A stretch of DNA of 61,163 nt, counting the filler. It is 8 parts of 8 records of this genome, joined end to end, with 100 filler letters (N's around TTAATTAATTAA, not from the genome) between each part and the next. Parts side by side here need not be neighbours in the genome. Positions count along the whole stretch, not along the records: positions 34,139 to 44,888 come from SRR31147125_8869; positions 44,989 to 51,276 come from SRR31147125_8871; positions 51,377 to 61,163 come from SRR31147125_8872; 5 more parts are not named here. One strand, given 5' to 3'. The notes beneath the pieces were generated by a model. It was not told the origin of the DNA, did not search any database, and saw nothing but the letters and a program-made list of their open reading frames with translations. The position numbers and the translations under genes were made by a program. Of this stretch, positions 42,801 to 53,117 are shown one piece after another (position 1 is the first letter of the stretch; each line of letters begins with the position of its first letter).

Positions 42801-42875
42801 GAAAGATATAGTTTAACAACAGTTGATTTGGAGGAAGGAACGCGGGTGGAAATTGTTTTGCCGGAGGAAAGCTGA
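39812..42875 (+). CDS. LytS/YehU-type sensor histidine kinase with a large periplasmic domain; frameshift at A7, ~42089-42095
   Basis: Signal peptide, TM helix, AIRSQMNPHFLFNSLNS, LLQPFAENAVIHG and IEDNGIG; removing one A fuses the two ORFs. Confidence 0.85.
42626..42660. repeat. 35-bp hairpin repeat (family B) located in-frame inside the kinase
   Basis: TACGCGCTTAGCGGTTCCAAACCGCTTAGCGCATA; 30/35 identical to intergenic 44312-44346. Confidence 0.7.
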
Positions 42876-42880
42876 AAAGA

Positions 42881-42964
42881 GTTCTCGCAAAGGAAAGAAG
42901 GAGCGCTAAGAGCGCGAAGACTTTTTTGTGTCCTTTGCGTAATCTTAGCGCACTTTGCGTGAAC
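42881..42964. repeat. Family A palindromic repeat, copy 2 (5' flank of GxxExxY)
   Basis: GTTCTCGCAAAGGAAAGAAGG...CTTTGCGTGAAC. Confidence 0.85.
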
Positions 42965-43011
42965 CGGCTCTTATTTGTAAATTGGATAATCAAACATTAA
43001 ATCCACAAATT

Positions 43012-43389
43012 ATGAATGAGAACGACCTTTCTTACAAAACTATTGGAGCGGCTATTGAAATTCACAGAGTAGTAGGTCCTGGATTATTAGAATCGTGTTA
43101 CGAAAATGCATTAGTGTTTGAATTAAGAGAAATGGGATTTGACGTAAAACAACAAGTACCAATGCCTTTTGTGTATAAAGACGTTAAACAGGATGTTGGT
43201 TACAGAATTGATTTAATAATCGATAATAAAATTTTGGTAGAAGTGAAATCTGTAGAAACATTAGCTCCTGTTCATTATGCACAAACTTTAACATACTTGA
43301 GATTATCTGGTCTAAAACTTGGGCTTTTGATTAATTTCAACTCTCATATTTTGAAAGAAGGAATACATAGAATGGTAAATAATTTATAA
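43012..43389 (+). CDS. GxxExxY protein (PD-(D/E)XK nuclease superfamily)
   Basis: IGAAIEIHRVVGPGLLESCY, RIDLII..VEVK, AQTLTYL and GLLINF; 125 aa. Confidence 0.92.
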   Translation: MNENDLSYKTIGAAIEIHRVVGPGLLESCYENALVFELREMGFDVKQQVPMPFVYKDVKQDVGYRIDLIIDNKILVEVKSVETLAPVHYAQTLTYLRLSGLKLGLLINFNSHILKEGIHRMVNNL

Positions 43390-43394
43390 AATTG

Positions 43395-43469
43395 GTTCAC
43401 GTAAAGGAAAGAAGGAGCGTGAACATTTTTTTGCGTCCTCTGCGAAACTTTAGCGCTCTTTGCGTGAAT
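43395..43469. repeat. Family A palindromic repeat, copy 3 (3' flank of GxxExxY)
   Basis: GTTCACGTAAAGGAAAGAAGG...TTTGCGTCCTCTGCGAAACTTTAGCGCTCTTTGCGTGAA. Confidence 0.85.
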
Positions 43470-43477
43470 TTTTAAAT

Positions 43478-44221
43478 ATGCAAATTAACTCAATACTAGT
43501 AGACGACGAAAAACACGGCCGCGAAAACCTGGCCGGGATACTTAACGAGCATTGCCCGGATGTTGCGCTTGTTGGCGAAGCCGATTCGGTTGAGGCTGCC
43601 ATTCATCTTATTCAAAACAAAAAGCCCGACCTTGTTTTTCTCGATATTGAAATGCCCAAAGCCAACGGTTTTCAGTTGTTGGAATATTTTTCGGAAATAA
43701 ACTTCGAGGTGATTTTTGTAACGGCCTACGACAATTACGCCATAAAAGCCATTCGTTTTTCTGCTGCCGATTATATTCTGAAGCCCATAAACTACAACGA
43801 ATTAAAATTGGCTGTAGAAAAGGTAGCTCAACGCATTCGCCAAAAAGAAGAGAATGAACGAATTCGTGAACTGCACCGTAATATAAGACAACCTGAAAAC
43901 CCTCGCATTGGCTTACCCACCGGCGACCGTATTGAATTTGTTGATGTACGAAATATTATTCATTGCAAGGGAGAAGGCAACTACACCCACATTTACCTTG
44001 CTGACAAAAGGCATTTGCTGGTGGCAAAAACGCTGGTTGAATTTGAAGAATTGCTTCACGAATATTCCTTTATCCGCACCCACAAATCGCACCTGGTAAA
44101 CTTAAAACATGTTACCGCATACTTAAAAAATGATGGTGGAATTTTACAGCTTTCGAATGGTGATGAGGTGGCCATTTCGCGGCGAAGGAAAGAGTTGGTT
44201 TTGGAAAAGCTGAGGGAATAG
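43478..44221 (+). CDS. LytTR-family response regulator
   Basis: VDDE, PDLVFLDIEMP and DYILKP receiver motifs; FIRTHKSHLVN and ISRRRK LytTR motifs. Confidence 0.93.
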   Translation: MQINSILVDDEKHGRENLAGILNEHCPDVALVGEADSVEAAIHLIQNKKPDLVFLDIEMPKANGFQLLEYFSEINFEVIFVTAYDNYAIKAIRFSAADYILKPINYNELKLAVEKVAQRIRQKEENERIRELHRNIRQPENPRIGLPTGDRIEFVDVRNIIHCKGEGNYTHIYLADKRHLLVAKTLVEFEELLHEYSFIRTHKSHLVNLKHVTAYLKNDGGILQLSNGDEVAISRRRKELVLEKLRE

Positions 44222-44587
44222 TTTCTCGCAAAGGAAAGAAGGAACGCAAAGTTCGCTAAGAATTTTAGAACAGGGCAGAGGGCTAAACGATAAAGTTATG
44301 CGCTTGAGAGATACGCGCTAAGCGGTTCTATACGGCTAAGCGCATAGAATGCTGCGTTGAAAAAGGATGTTCCTGTAAATTGATAATGAGAAGTTCACAT
44401 GTAACGAAAAATGCCGTCAGGAACAAGTACGCTGACGGATTTTGTTGCAAGAACCTGACAGCGTCAGCAGACCTGTCAGCGTTCGAATTAATGTTCGATA
44501 CGCGTTAATAAATAAAAACAAAAAAAAGCGCAAAGTAAAAAGATATACTTTGCGCCCTTTGCGAAATCTCCGCGTCTTTGCGTGAAC
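44222..44587. repeat. Mosaic of palindromic repeats between convergent genes (family A arms at 44222-44261 and ~44527-44587, family B at 44312-44346, other hairpins)
   Basis: TTTCTCGCAAAGGAAAGAAGGAACGCAAAG; CCGTCAG..CTGACGG; CTGACAG..CTGTCAG; CTTTGCGCCCTTTGCG..TCTTTGCGTGAAC. Confidence 0.7.
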
Positions 44588-44590
44588 TTT

Positions 44591-44888
44591 CTATATCGAA
44601 TTATTCTTGATAAAATCAATTAATTCCTGTTTGTAGGCAAAAGCCATTCCAACCACAGTATCGGCAGCACCGTAGTAAACTGCAATTTTTTCACCATCGC
44701 TAAGAGCAGCACAAGGGAAAACTACGTTTGGCACATCGCCTGCTAATTCGTACGGAGCAGCCGGAGCCAATAAATAAGATTGTGTGCGGTACAGCACTTT
44801 CGACGGATCTTCCAGTACGAGTAAAGCAGCACCCATCGAGTAACGGAAACCGTTACAAGTGTTAATTACTCCGTGGTAAAATTCCAGC
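44591..44888 (-). CDS. Glycoside hydrolase family 130 (mannoside phosphorylase-like), C-terminal fragment
   Basis: [28 protein letters not shown] and YYGAADT. Confidence 0.85.
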
Positions 44889-44988
44889 NNNNNNNNNNNN
44901 NNNNNNNNNNNNNNNNNNNNNNNNNNNNNNNNTTAATTAATTAANNNNNNNNNNNNNNNNNNNNNNNNNNNNNNNNNNNNNNNNNNNN
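44889..44988. other. Artificial contig spacer
   Basis: N44-TTAATTAATTAA-N44. Confidence 0.99.
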
Positions 44989-45125
44989 CGGCAGATGATA
45001 TCGCCTTTTTGAAATGCCTGCTTTGTAAACAGCCCTGCAATCTCCTTCACCTGTCCTTTGGGCACAGACGAAAAAAGCGGGGCGTTTGAAAGGAAATCTA
45101 CAAGGTCCTGTACATCTGTTTCCAT
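44989..45125 (-). CDS. Cyclic-nucleotide-binding domain protein, N-terminal fragment
   Basis: FLSNAPLFSSV..FQKGDIIC; GGAGG RBS. Confidence 0.7.
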
Positions 45126-45129
45126 GGTC

Positions 45130-45519
45130 TCACGTTGTTGTCCTCCTTTTGATGAATCCAAATGCGGCGACACCTATAACAGCCCCTACCGCATTTAGAT
45201 AAATATCCAGCAGGCCTCCATACCGTCCTCTGACAAAAGACTGATGAAACTCATCCATACAGCCATATGAGATGGCAATGAAAAGCGAAAGAATCAGGGC
45301 TGATACTTGATTATACCTTAGTAAGGTAAAACTTCTGAACCATAAAAAAGAAAGGGCTGCATAAAGTGGAATATGCAAAAAATTTTGAAGAACAGGATCA
45401 AGGTTGGTTAAAAATGTAAAATTATCCGGACCACCATCCATGGGTATGGAAGACTCAATAAAGATCAGCACCATTAACGAAATGGGCCATACAAATATAA
45501 AGGATCTCTTTTTCGACAC
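45130..45519 (-). CDS. VanZ-family membrane protein
   Basis: IFIESSIP, HIPLYAAL and YGCMDEFHQSFVRGR..DIYLN. Confidence 0.85.
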   Translation of the reverse strand: MSKKRSFIFVWPISLMVLIFIESSIPMDGGPDNFTFLTNLDPVLQNFLHIPLYAALSFLWFRSFTLLRYNQVSALILSLFIAISYGCMDEFHQSFVRGRYGGLLDIYLNAVGAVIGVAAFGFIKRRTTT

Positions 45520-45520
45520 A

Positions 45521-46881
45521 TCACGCCTTATCAAATGCACCCACCTTTGAAACCACATACCGGTATTTTCCCGATGCATCCCTTGGAATGTCGTCCACTC
45601 TATTTATGGTAACCTTTACAGCATCTCCCATCCGTTTTTTAAATCCGGCCACGATCCGTGAATCTCCATCCCCAGGATAGAGGTTCTCATGAATTTTCAC
45701 CAATACCTCAACGTCATCCACGCTGTGCTGAAGAATCTTGAATTCATCCACCCCTTCAATATCCCGAACCACATAAATCAATGACAATGCATGCTGCCAC
45801 CGGCCGTCAGGGGTAACGATAAAATCCGTGGTCCGGCCTTTGATATTCTGGATAATACTCCAGGTCCGGCCGCATTTGCACCCAGGCGCTCCGGGTTGGG
45901 CCACATCCCCTGTCCGGTAGCGGATAAAGGGCATTCCCCATGCATCCAGATGGGTCAGGACCACTTCCCCGTCCTCCCCAGGCCCCACAGGCTCTCCGTT
46001 TTTCAGATATTCAACAATATAGTTTGAATCTATAACATGGTATTTGCCTTCTTTGCATTCCTGGCATACAAAGCCGCCTTCCCGGCTGCCGTAACAATCC
46101 ACAACAGGAACCTTGCCGAAAAACCGGCGAATGGATTTTCGCTGATTCTCATAAAGGACCTCAGCAGTGGAAAAAACCACCTGAACTCCGATATTTGTCA
46201 GATCATATCCCTGTTTTTCTGCCATATCGCAGAACAGCGCAATGGTGGAGGGGTATCCGAACACACATTTGGGTCTGAACGCCTTTATTTTCTTCACCAT
46301 ATCAGGAACCTGGGCCTGGGATATTTCAAATGCACTGATAAGCAGGTCATTGGTTATCTTATCCCTGAAGTCCTTGATCTTGTCCTGCTTGGTGATTTCC
46401 AGGGGAGAGCCCCATAGGTACAATTCCTTATCCCCTATGTCACAATCCCACCACTGGTGGGTCAGTGCCCTGGCTGCTGCATCATAGGCCTGGCGCCGCC
46501 TGTCAAAATAAAATACCAGGGGTTTTCCCGAAGACCCTCCTGTATTATAGCGGGTGAGCCCCCTGGAGAATCATGCCACTTCATACCTTCAAGGTTCTGC
46601 CGGATCTCTTCCTTGGAAAGCAGGGGCAAAACCTTTATATCATCAATGCACGTCATTTTTTCCGGATCAAAGCCGGCGCCCTTAAATCGTTTTGTGTAAA
46701 ATGGAATATTGTTCTTGGCATGGATTAAAAGCGCCTTCAGTTTTTTGAATTGCAGCGCTTTCAATTCCGGTTCAGGCAGGTACTGCTCTTTTGAAAGCTG
46801 ATCCAGAAACTTGTAGGTATCCCGGCCTAAAATTTTTTCGTGCAGGGGAAAAATAAGATGCTTTACAATTTTACTATGCAT
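45521..46881 (-). CDS. Phenylacetate-CoA ligase/CapK-like adenylate-forming enzyme; frameshift ~46560
   Basis: IPFY..LPLLSKE, NTGGSSGKP (after the shift), YGSREG, MPFIRYRTGD, GR.TD and RDASGK. Confidence 0.85.
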
Positions 46882-46901
46882 AGGGATCTCCTTTTTTATG
46901 C

Positions 46902-47733
46902 CTAATTCAACAAGGTTGACACAAGGAACAGAAAGCGTTCTGCCAGTATTTTTCTTCCCTTTTCATTCAGATGGGTGCCGTCGTAGGTATAGGAAGAAAC
47001 CAAATTATTATACCGTTTACCCTTAAAAACGAAAAAATTACGCTCTCCATTGACCTTTGTTGATTGAATTTTTGCAAAATCAAAAAATTCGCTTTTATTT
47101 CCATAATTTTTTCTGAGTAATTCATTATATTTATTGGCCACAAGATTATGCCGGTACTCCCATATTTCATCATAATCCAAAAGCTTTTTATCCGGGTTTT
47201 AATCGTTGTTTTTGAATGAATTAAGGGAAATGTGCCATGAAGAAAAATGGTGTCGGGATATCTTTGCTTCAGCAGGGCATAGGCCTCTTTATAATCCTGC
47301 AACACTGCGTTTAATTCATGTCTTTTATAAAACGGCGTAAATCGCAGATACGCAATATCAATTGTTTTTCTCAGCGTATTGTCAACCAGGTGGATATATT
47401 GTGCAGCAATCTTTTGGGGTGACCCATCACCGCTGACCCAGGCATGAAAAATACCGTTGGCACCGAATTTTGAAGAAACAGCAAGATCCGTGATCGTGAT
47501 CTTTACGTCAGAAGATTTTTTCTGAAGCTCACCTATGCCCTGGATCAAATTGTTCCCCACAGAACGGTGACCTATGAAAATATTACCGGTCTTTAGCTTT
47601 TTCCACTGGTTTAAGGAGATTCTTTGATTATTGTTTGCCTCACTCCCCCAAAGGATTCATTGGGTATTCCAATAATCAAAAAACAAAAAATACTGATCAG
47701 AAGAAGGTTTGAAAGGCTGTATTTTTCACCCAT
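46902..47733 (-). CDS. SGNH/GDSL-like hypothetical protein (two homopolymer frameshifts)
   Basis: Signal peptide from 47733, IFIGHRSVGNN, and C-terminal DGTHLNEKG. Confidence 0.6.
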
Positions 47734-47746
47734 AAAAAACGCTTCC

Positions 47747-49108
47747 TTATTTCAACGATAGTGTTTTTTGATTCAGTTCATAGGCGCCGATATCAATTCT
47801 CTTCTTAATCTTTCGCTTCAGTTTCCCGGGAAACGGCAGGGGCATATATTTTACTTTCAATGGTATTTTTATTGTTCCCCTATCAACCAACAATGAGGTC
47901 TTTGATGGCAGATAAGCAATCTTTCCCTTGGTTGTTACCTGTTCCATCCCTCCGAAATAGTTGTTCATCATCCCTTTAAGGTCTGCTCCAAAGGGTAAGA
48001 GGTTATTTGAGCCCTGAACACTGCCCGTTCCTATCCAGATCTGCTTTCCCCCGAAAAAGGCGTTATTATATAAAATGGCGCTGCATCCCATCCTGTTGAT
48101 ATTCAAAAAACCATCAAGCCCTTTATTCCTATAATGAACCGTATTATTAAAAAAATAAAGAATCCCGTTTCGCCCCTGGCCAATAATTTTTCCCTTTTCA
48201 TCGGTTTTATCGCCGCCGAACAGAACCATTTTGGGATTTCGCACCTTTTTTCCGCTGATGATAACATTTCCGTAAACAAAAGCATTGGCCCTTGGATATT
48301 TTGGAGATTCAACCAGATCTATCTGCCGGCTCATCCCCCCTGGATCCAATTGTACCTGATCACGGCCGTCTGGCTCCGGTCTTTTATATTATTCCCGTCA
48401 GAGTGCAGCTCTCCGAAGCGATTAAATTCAACAATGGTTGTCTTGGCGCATAAATAAACATTGTGCCCCCAGTGGGTACCTGAAAAATCCCCGTTGTTAT
48501 ATATGATATTCCGGGACAATAAGAGATTATCCACCCAGGGATAGTAAGAAGACTGCACACCGACACAGCATGAATGGATCCGGCATTTTCTTATTTTAAC
48601 ATGTTTCCCCTTTTTCACCAAAATACCATTGGCATTGGATGCATATTTAACCTTTTTCCCTTTAAAATAAAAATATTGGGAATTATTTGCATTTTTTATT
48701 TCCAGGCCTTCGATGATAATATTGTCAGCAGGCTTATCGCAGCCGACTATGATCAACCCTCTATCGATTAAACTCTTATTTTCAGATTCCTGGAAATGGA
48801 CAGCACCCCTGCCGTCCAGCACAGGCAACCGGCCTTTGGCATCTGGAATTCCCCTGATAATAATAGGCTTTTTACGGGTGCCGGACCGATTTATGGATAT
48901 TTTTTCCCGATATGCTTTTTTATTATAGTGTATTTGGACAATATCTCCAGAAGATAGTGAATCCCAATCCAGATCAGATAGCTTTTTATATGTTTTGCTG
49001 TGCCCGATACCATAAACCTCGGCGTATGAATCTACCGATAATATACAAAAAAAGGTAAAAAGCCGTGATGAGGATCTTATTACACTTTATTTTATTATTA
49101 GGCCGCAA
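47747..49108 (-). CDS. Right-handed beta-helix polysaccharide-degrading-like protein (frameshifts ~49050 and ~48337; start approximate)
   Basis: GDIVQIH..YREK..SGTRKKPIIIRG..PVLDG, GHNVY, NNIKDRS..IRYNWI and IDIGAYE. Confidence 0.65.
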
Positions 49109-49135
49109 AGCGTTATATATCCATATTGATTTCCA

Positions 49136-50223
49136 TTAGACCAATTCTTTATATATCAACATGAGTCTCTCAACCGAGAGTTCTATACTAAACTCCTGTA
49201 ATAGTCTTTTATGACCAGCTTGCCCCATTTTTAAAGCCTGGGCGGGATTATCCAAAATAGATACAATGCTTTTGCATAATGCGGCCACATCTCCGGCATT
49301 ATACAGGTATCCTTCTTGCCCATCAGTCACAGCCTCGGGAATTGCTCCTACCCGGGTTACTATAACGGGAATGCCTTCTGCCATCGCCTCTAACATCGCC
49401 ATTGGAAGACCTTCATCGTAGGATGGCAAGCAAAAAATATCTGTACGGTCCAAATACGCTTTTTTTCTAAACCTAGCTTGGGACCCGGTATGTCAATCTG
49501 GTCCGTAATTCCCAAATCTTCTGCTAATGATTGTAACCGACCTCGCATACCCAATTCAGCTTCTGAACCGAGAAGGGCAACTTTTACTTGCTGAGAATTA
49601 GAAAGCTCGGCAACGGCTCTCAACAAGTCGGATTGCCCTTTTCGCCTTTCATAATTTGCCACGCAGGTGATACGCTGAGGCGTATGCCATTTTCGAAACA
49701 CTTTAGAAGAGACTGGAACGCCATTAGGCACCACCGCAATGCGCTCCGGTTCAACCCACCCAGAAAGAACACTGCGCCATTCTTCGCCCAATACCACCAC
49801 CCGATCACACAATTGAAATACTCTACGAGCCATCCAGGCCTTAGGTAAATTAAAGGATTTAAGAAACCTATGAAATTGAGCACCGTGGATGTGTAACACG
49901 ACCTTACCGCCAAGTAAATGAACAAGCATCACATCAAGAGCATTTCGCCAAAAAGTAAACCAACTGCAAGTATGAATATGCACGACATCTGGTCGCCAAT
50001 AGAGGACCAAGCGGCACAGCCTCATAACCAAGCGTAACTGGGCCATAATTCCTTGAAACAGAGATCGGTCAGCCGAAGTTGTTTTGGCATTATTATGAAG
50101 CCGTACTTGACAGTGCTTTTCCAGTGTACAGAGTAAATTTTCAACAACGACGGCCATTCCACCAATAGGAGGAGGAAGGGGGCCAACTTGTAGGATTTTG
50201 AGTTCAGAACCTGGTTTTTTCAT
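49136..50223 (-). CDS. Glycosyltransferase family 4; frameshift ~49460
   Basis: GPLPPPIGGM, HIHG, VVPNGV, KGQ.DL and LPSYDEGLPMAMLEAMA. Confidence 0.88.
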
Positions 50224-50226
50224 TAT

Positions 50227-51186
50227 TCATTTTTTTCCGTCATAGTATTCATCATTTTTAACTGCCAAAATTAATGCGCCGCTTGTAGTTAGATCTTCAC
50301 TCGAAATCGATTTAAATCTGGAAGACAAATCTCTAATCTTTAAATTAGAGTGTTTCTTTACTTTTTTCACACACGCGATTTCAAATCCTTCTTTTTCTAA
50401 AATACTTATATGTGTCGCTATAGGCTCTCTATTCAATAGATACGGTCTTTTACCTTTTATAAGCTTCCACACAAAGTCTGAATAGGCCCAATGACCATTC
50501 CACTCGTCAGCAGTGCCATGACATTTAAAATCAATCTGATGAGACATGAAACCCGATGATTTCAGCCACATATACATTAATTTATAGGCATTTCTCAAGT
50601 CAGCAACATGTTCAAGTACGGCCTGGGAAAATATCAGATCAATAGATCCTTCTTCAAGGCAACTCTGATCATCCCATGGCGCTCTATATTGTATTAAAGA
50701 CTCCTTATGTTGAGGGTTTTTGATAGAATCTTTAATTTTTTGAATCCGGTATTCTGATAATGCTGATTGCATCATTTTTTCATCCCAGATGCTATGGGGA
50801 AAATCATAATTGTCTAAATAGGGTTTTGTATGGGGAAATTCGTCTTCCCCCGGGATAGCTTCACGATGTTTAAAGAGATCTACGAGTTCATCGAAAATTT
50901 TTAAATTTTTCTCGATAGATGCATATTCAACAACATCAAAAGCGAAATATTTTTCACACCCTGAAAGTAACGCAGCCAAACCGACACCTAACGAATCTCC
51001 CGGACCTAGTTCTGCAATTCTTTTAGGATATGGATCAAGCCCGTTGATCTTTGCCATTACCATATGCCTTAACCAAACTGAATAGCAATATCTTGCGGAA
51101 TCCGTACCTCCTGTTGTTTTAGCCCGAAACTGCTTCATGCCTGGTATAAAAGTTATAATACCACAAACCACCTCTTTATACTTCAT
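50227..51186 (-). CDS. Class I SAM-dependent methyltransferase-like protein
   Basis: AELGPGDSLG, DLIFSQAVLEHV and LKSSGFMSHQID. Confidence 0.8.
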   Translation of the reverse strand: MKYKEVVCGIITFIPGMKQFRAKTTGGTDSARYCYSVWLRHMVMAKINGLDPYPKRIAELGPGDSLGVGLAALLSGCEKYFAFDVVEYASIEKNLKIFDELVDLFKHREAIPGEDEFPHTKPYLDNYDFPHSIWDEKMMQSALSEYRIQKIKDSIKNPQHKESLIQYRAPWDDQSCLEEGSIDLIFSQAVLEHVADLRNAYKLMYMWLKSSGFMSHQIDFKCHGTADEWNGHWAYSDFVWKLIKGKRPYLLNREPIATHISILEKEGFEIACVKKVKKHSNLKIRDLSSRFKSISSEDLTTSGALILAVKNDEYYDGKK

Positions 51187-51276
51187 GGCACCACTCCCCC
51201 AACTTATAAACCTGGCAACAAAAACCGCGTAAAATCTCCTGAAAAAAGCGATACTTTTTTCAGGAAAAAAGAGATG

Positions 51277-51376
51277 NNNNNNNNNNNNNNNNNNNNNNNN
51301 NNNNNNNNNNNNNNNNNNNNTTAATTAATTAANNNNNNNNNNNNNNNNNNNNNNNNNNNNNNNNNNNNNNNNNNNN
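51277..51376. other. Artificial contig spacer
   Basis: N44-TTAATTAATTAA-N44. Confidence 0.99.
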
Positions 51377-51579
51377 TTTTGTTTTGAAAAATTTCAACAC
51401 ATGCTGCCCATCCACAAATGGGTGATCGATATGATCGAGGCCGGGTTATAGGATAAGGTTATTCATACTAAAATAACACACCGCCAACTTGACTGATTTA
51501 CAAAATGTAACAGCACAACGTTCAGGAAACTTTTTGATTTGGACGAGCAGTGAAAAACATAAAATTACTTATTTTTCTA

Positions 51580-52659
51580 CTACACACTCACATTAATTCC
51601 CAAAGGCAAAAATCCGAGCGATAAACCCAGGACCACATTTCTATCACGGTTGAAAAGCATAAAAACTCCAGGGTTTAATTTACCAAAATAAAACAAACCG
51701 GGATAGATATTCAACGTAAGCATATTGTCCTTTTTACCGGCATATTGTAACGATGCCAATAGTGAGTTATTGCGATCGTAAAACAAGCCTACATTGGGCA
51801 CAAGTTCAGCACCCATTCTGTGGCCATTGCTCTCAGATGATGTTTCTTTTAGCTGTTTAGCAATGAGTCCAACACCAAACGAAATAGAGTCGCCATTCTT
51901 TTGTCTGCGGGAAAATCCAAATTCACCGTGGGTGCCAAAATGATAAAACAGGCTATATCGTTTTGAACCTGGTATTCGATATTTAAAGACAAAATTCTGC
52001 CCGTTATTCTGCAGTTGTTTGCTCCATGGATTATATGCAATCATATAGGACCAATCCGCCATATTGAGTGTTTGGCTAAAAAAGCGACACACCGAATCCA
52101 TATTAAACAAAAGCATCCCCAAAGGATTAAAAATATAAAAATCAGCAATTGGATCTACATTAACGCCTTTATAACTACCGTTTTCCACGACTTCATTCAA
52201 TAAATGATAAACCGAAACCGTTGTAAATGCCCAGATTTTCTCATGTCTATAACCATGATGGCGAAACCACTCCACCATCATACGGCTTGTCATACCGCCA
52301 CCAATAACGTGCTGTGTATAATTCGGCCAGTAATTTGCCCGGTCACTGTTCATGCTGAACGGCACAATTTCCGTTGTTATAAAATCCCTCCATCCGAATT
52401 CATTAATCGAGCCAAAGGGATCCGACAGGTTTCGCCAGATGTTGTTTACTCCGGTATCATAATCGACGTCAAAAGGTGTATTCGGACGGTTTTCAATCTG
52501 CATGATCCCAAAGCCGCCGTGAAGAATCAACGAGACCGGATTTATCATGGATTCTGAGCCGTATGTTCGTCCATGATAAAAATACACCTTTGATTCCTGA
52601 GCAAAAAGGGGATAAAAAGAAGAAAAACAAACAATAATAAAAACGATAATCCTTTTCAT
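51580..52659 (-). CDS. Secreted/outer-membrane hypothetical protein
   Basis: Signal peptide MKRIIVFIIV..AQE; aromatic beta-strand-rich C-terminus; HLLNEVVE motif. Confidence 0.6.
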   Translation of the reverse strand: MKRIIVFIIVCFSSFYPLFAQESKVYFYHGRTYGSESMINPVSLILHGGFGIMQIENRPNTPFDVDYDTGVNNIWRNLSDPFGSINEFGWRDFITTEIVPFSMNSDRANYWPNYTQHVIGGGMTSRMMVEWFRHHGYRHEKIWAFTTVSVYHLLNEVVENGSYKGVNVDPIADFYIFNPLGMLLFNMDSVCRFFSQTLNMADWSYMIAYNPWSKQLQNNGQNFVFKYRIPGSKRYSLFYHFGTHGEFGFSRRQKNGDSISFGVGLIAKQLKETSSESNGHRMGAELVPNVGLFYDRNNSLLASLQYAGKKDNMLTLNIYPGLFYFGKLNPGVFMLFNRDRNVVLGLSLGFLPLGINVSV

Positions 52660-53117
52660 TACGCAGGGGTCTTTTTCTGTATTAGCAAACCAATTCACTA
52701 TTCCATATCATATTTTTAGGTCTATAAATTTTACATTAAAAAATCAGGCAGGGCATAGACTGCTCATCTTCAATGTCAGAGTCCGTTAGAATACATACAA
52801 TTCATCAGCACAAGTCATGCTAATGTACTAAAAAAATGTGCTTTCGTATATAAAGAATTTTTTTACAAATTTATTAAATAGGGAAAATAATAATGAATTT
52901 GGTGAAATTCTTTCAGGTGTCCCCTGTATGAAATATTCTTTTCTTTCGGAATCCTTTTATTACTGGTAAAAATAAATATTTTTTCTATCTTATCAATAAT
53001 AAAGATTATACTGTTCATAATCAATCAGAAAAATTACCCTTGTTAGCAATCCAAACTTTTCACTATATTCCATGCAGAATTTCTAAAATATCTACAGATA
53101 CCAGAAAGGAGTTTTGA

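Noticed and set aside
42682-43011. ORF 42682-42993 (-) and the MREPAL.. / MREFLN.. TTG extensions of GxxExxY and LytTR
   Set aside because: They arise from reading through the palindromic repeats. The real starts are the ATGs at 43012 and 43478.
39593-44587. Family A repeats as a CRISPR array
   Set aside because: They are dispersed, 75-85 bp long and degenerate, with no regular spacers and no cas genes.
5137-51376. Seven identical TTAATTAATTAA motifs flanked by N runs
   Set aside because: They are artificial linkers. They are not biological repeats, and genes on either side must not be read as neighbours.
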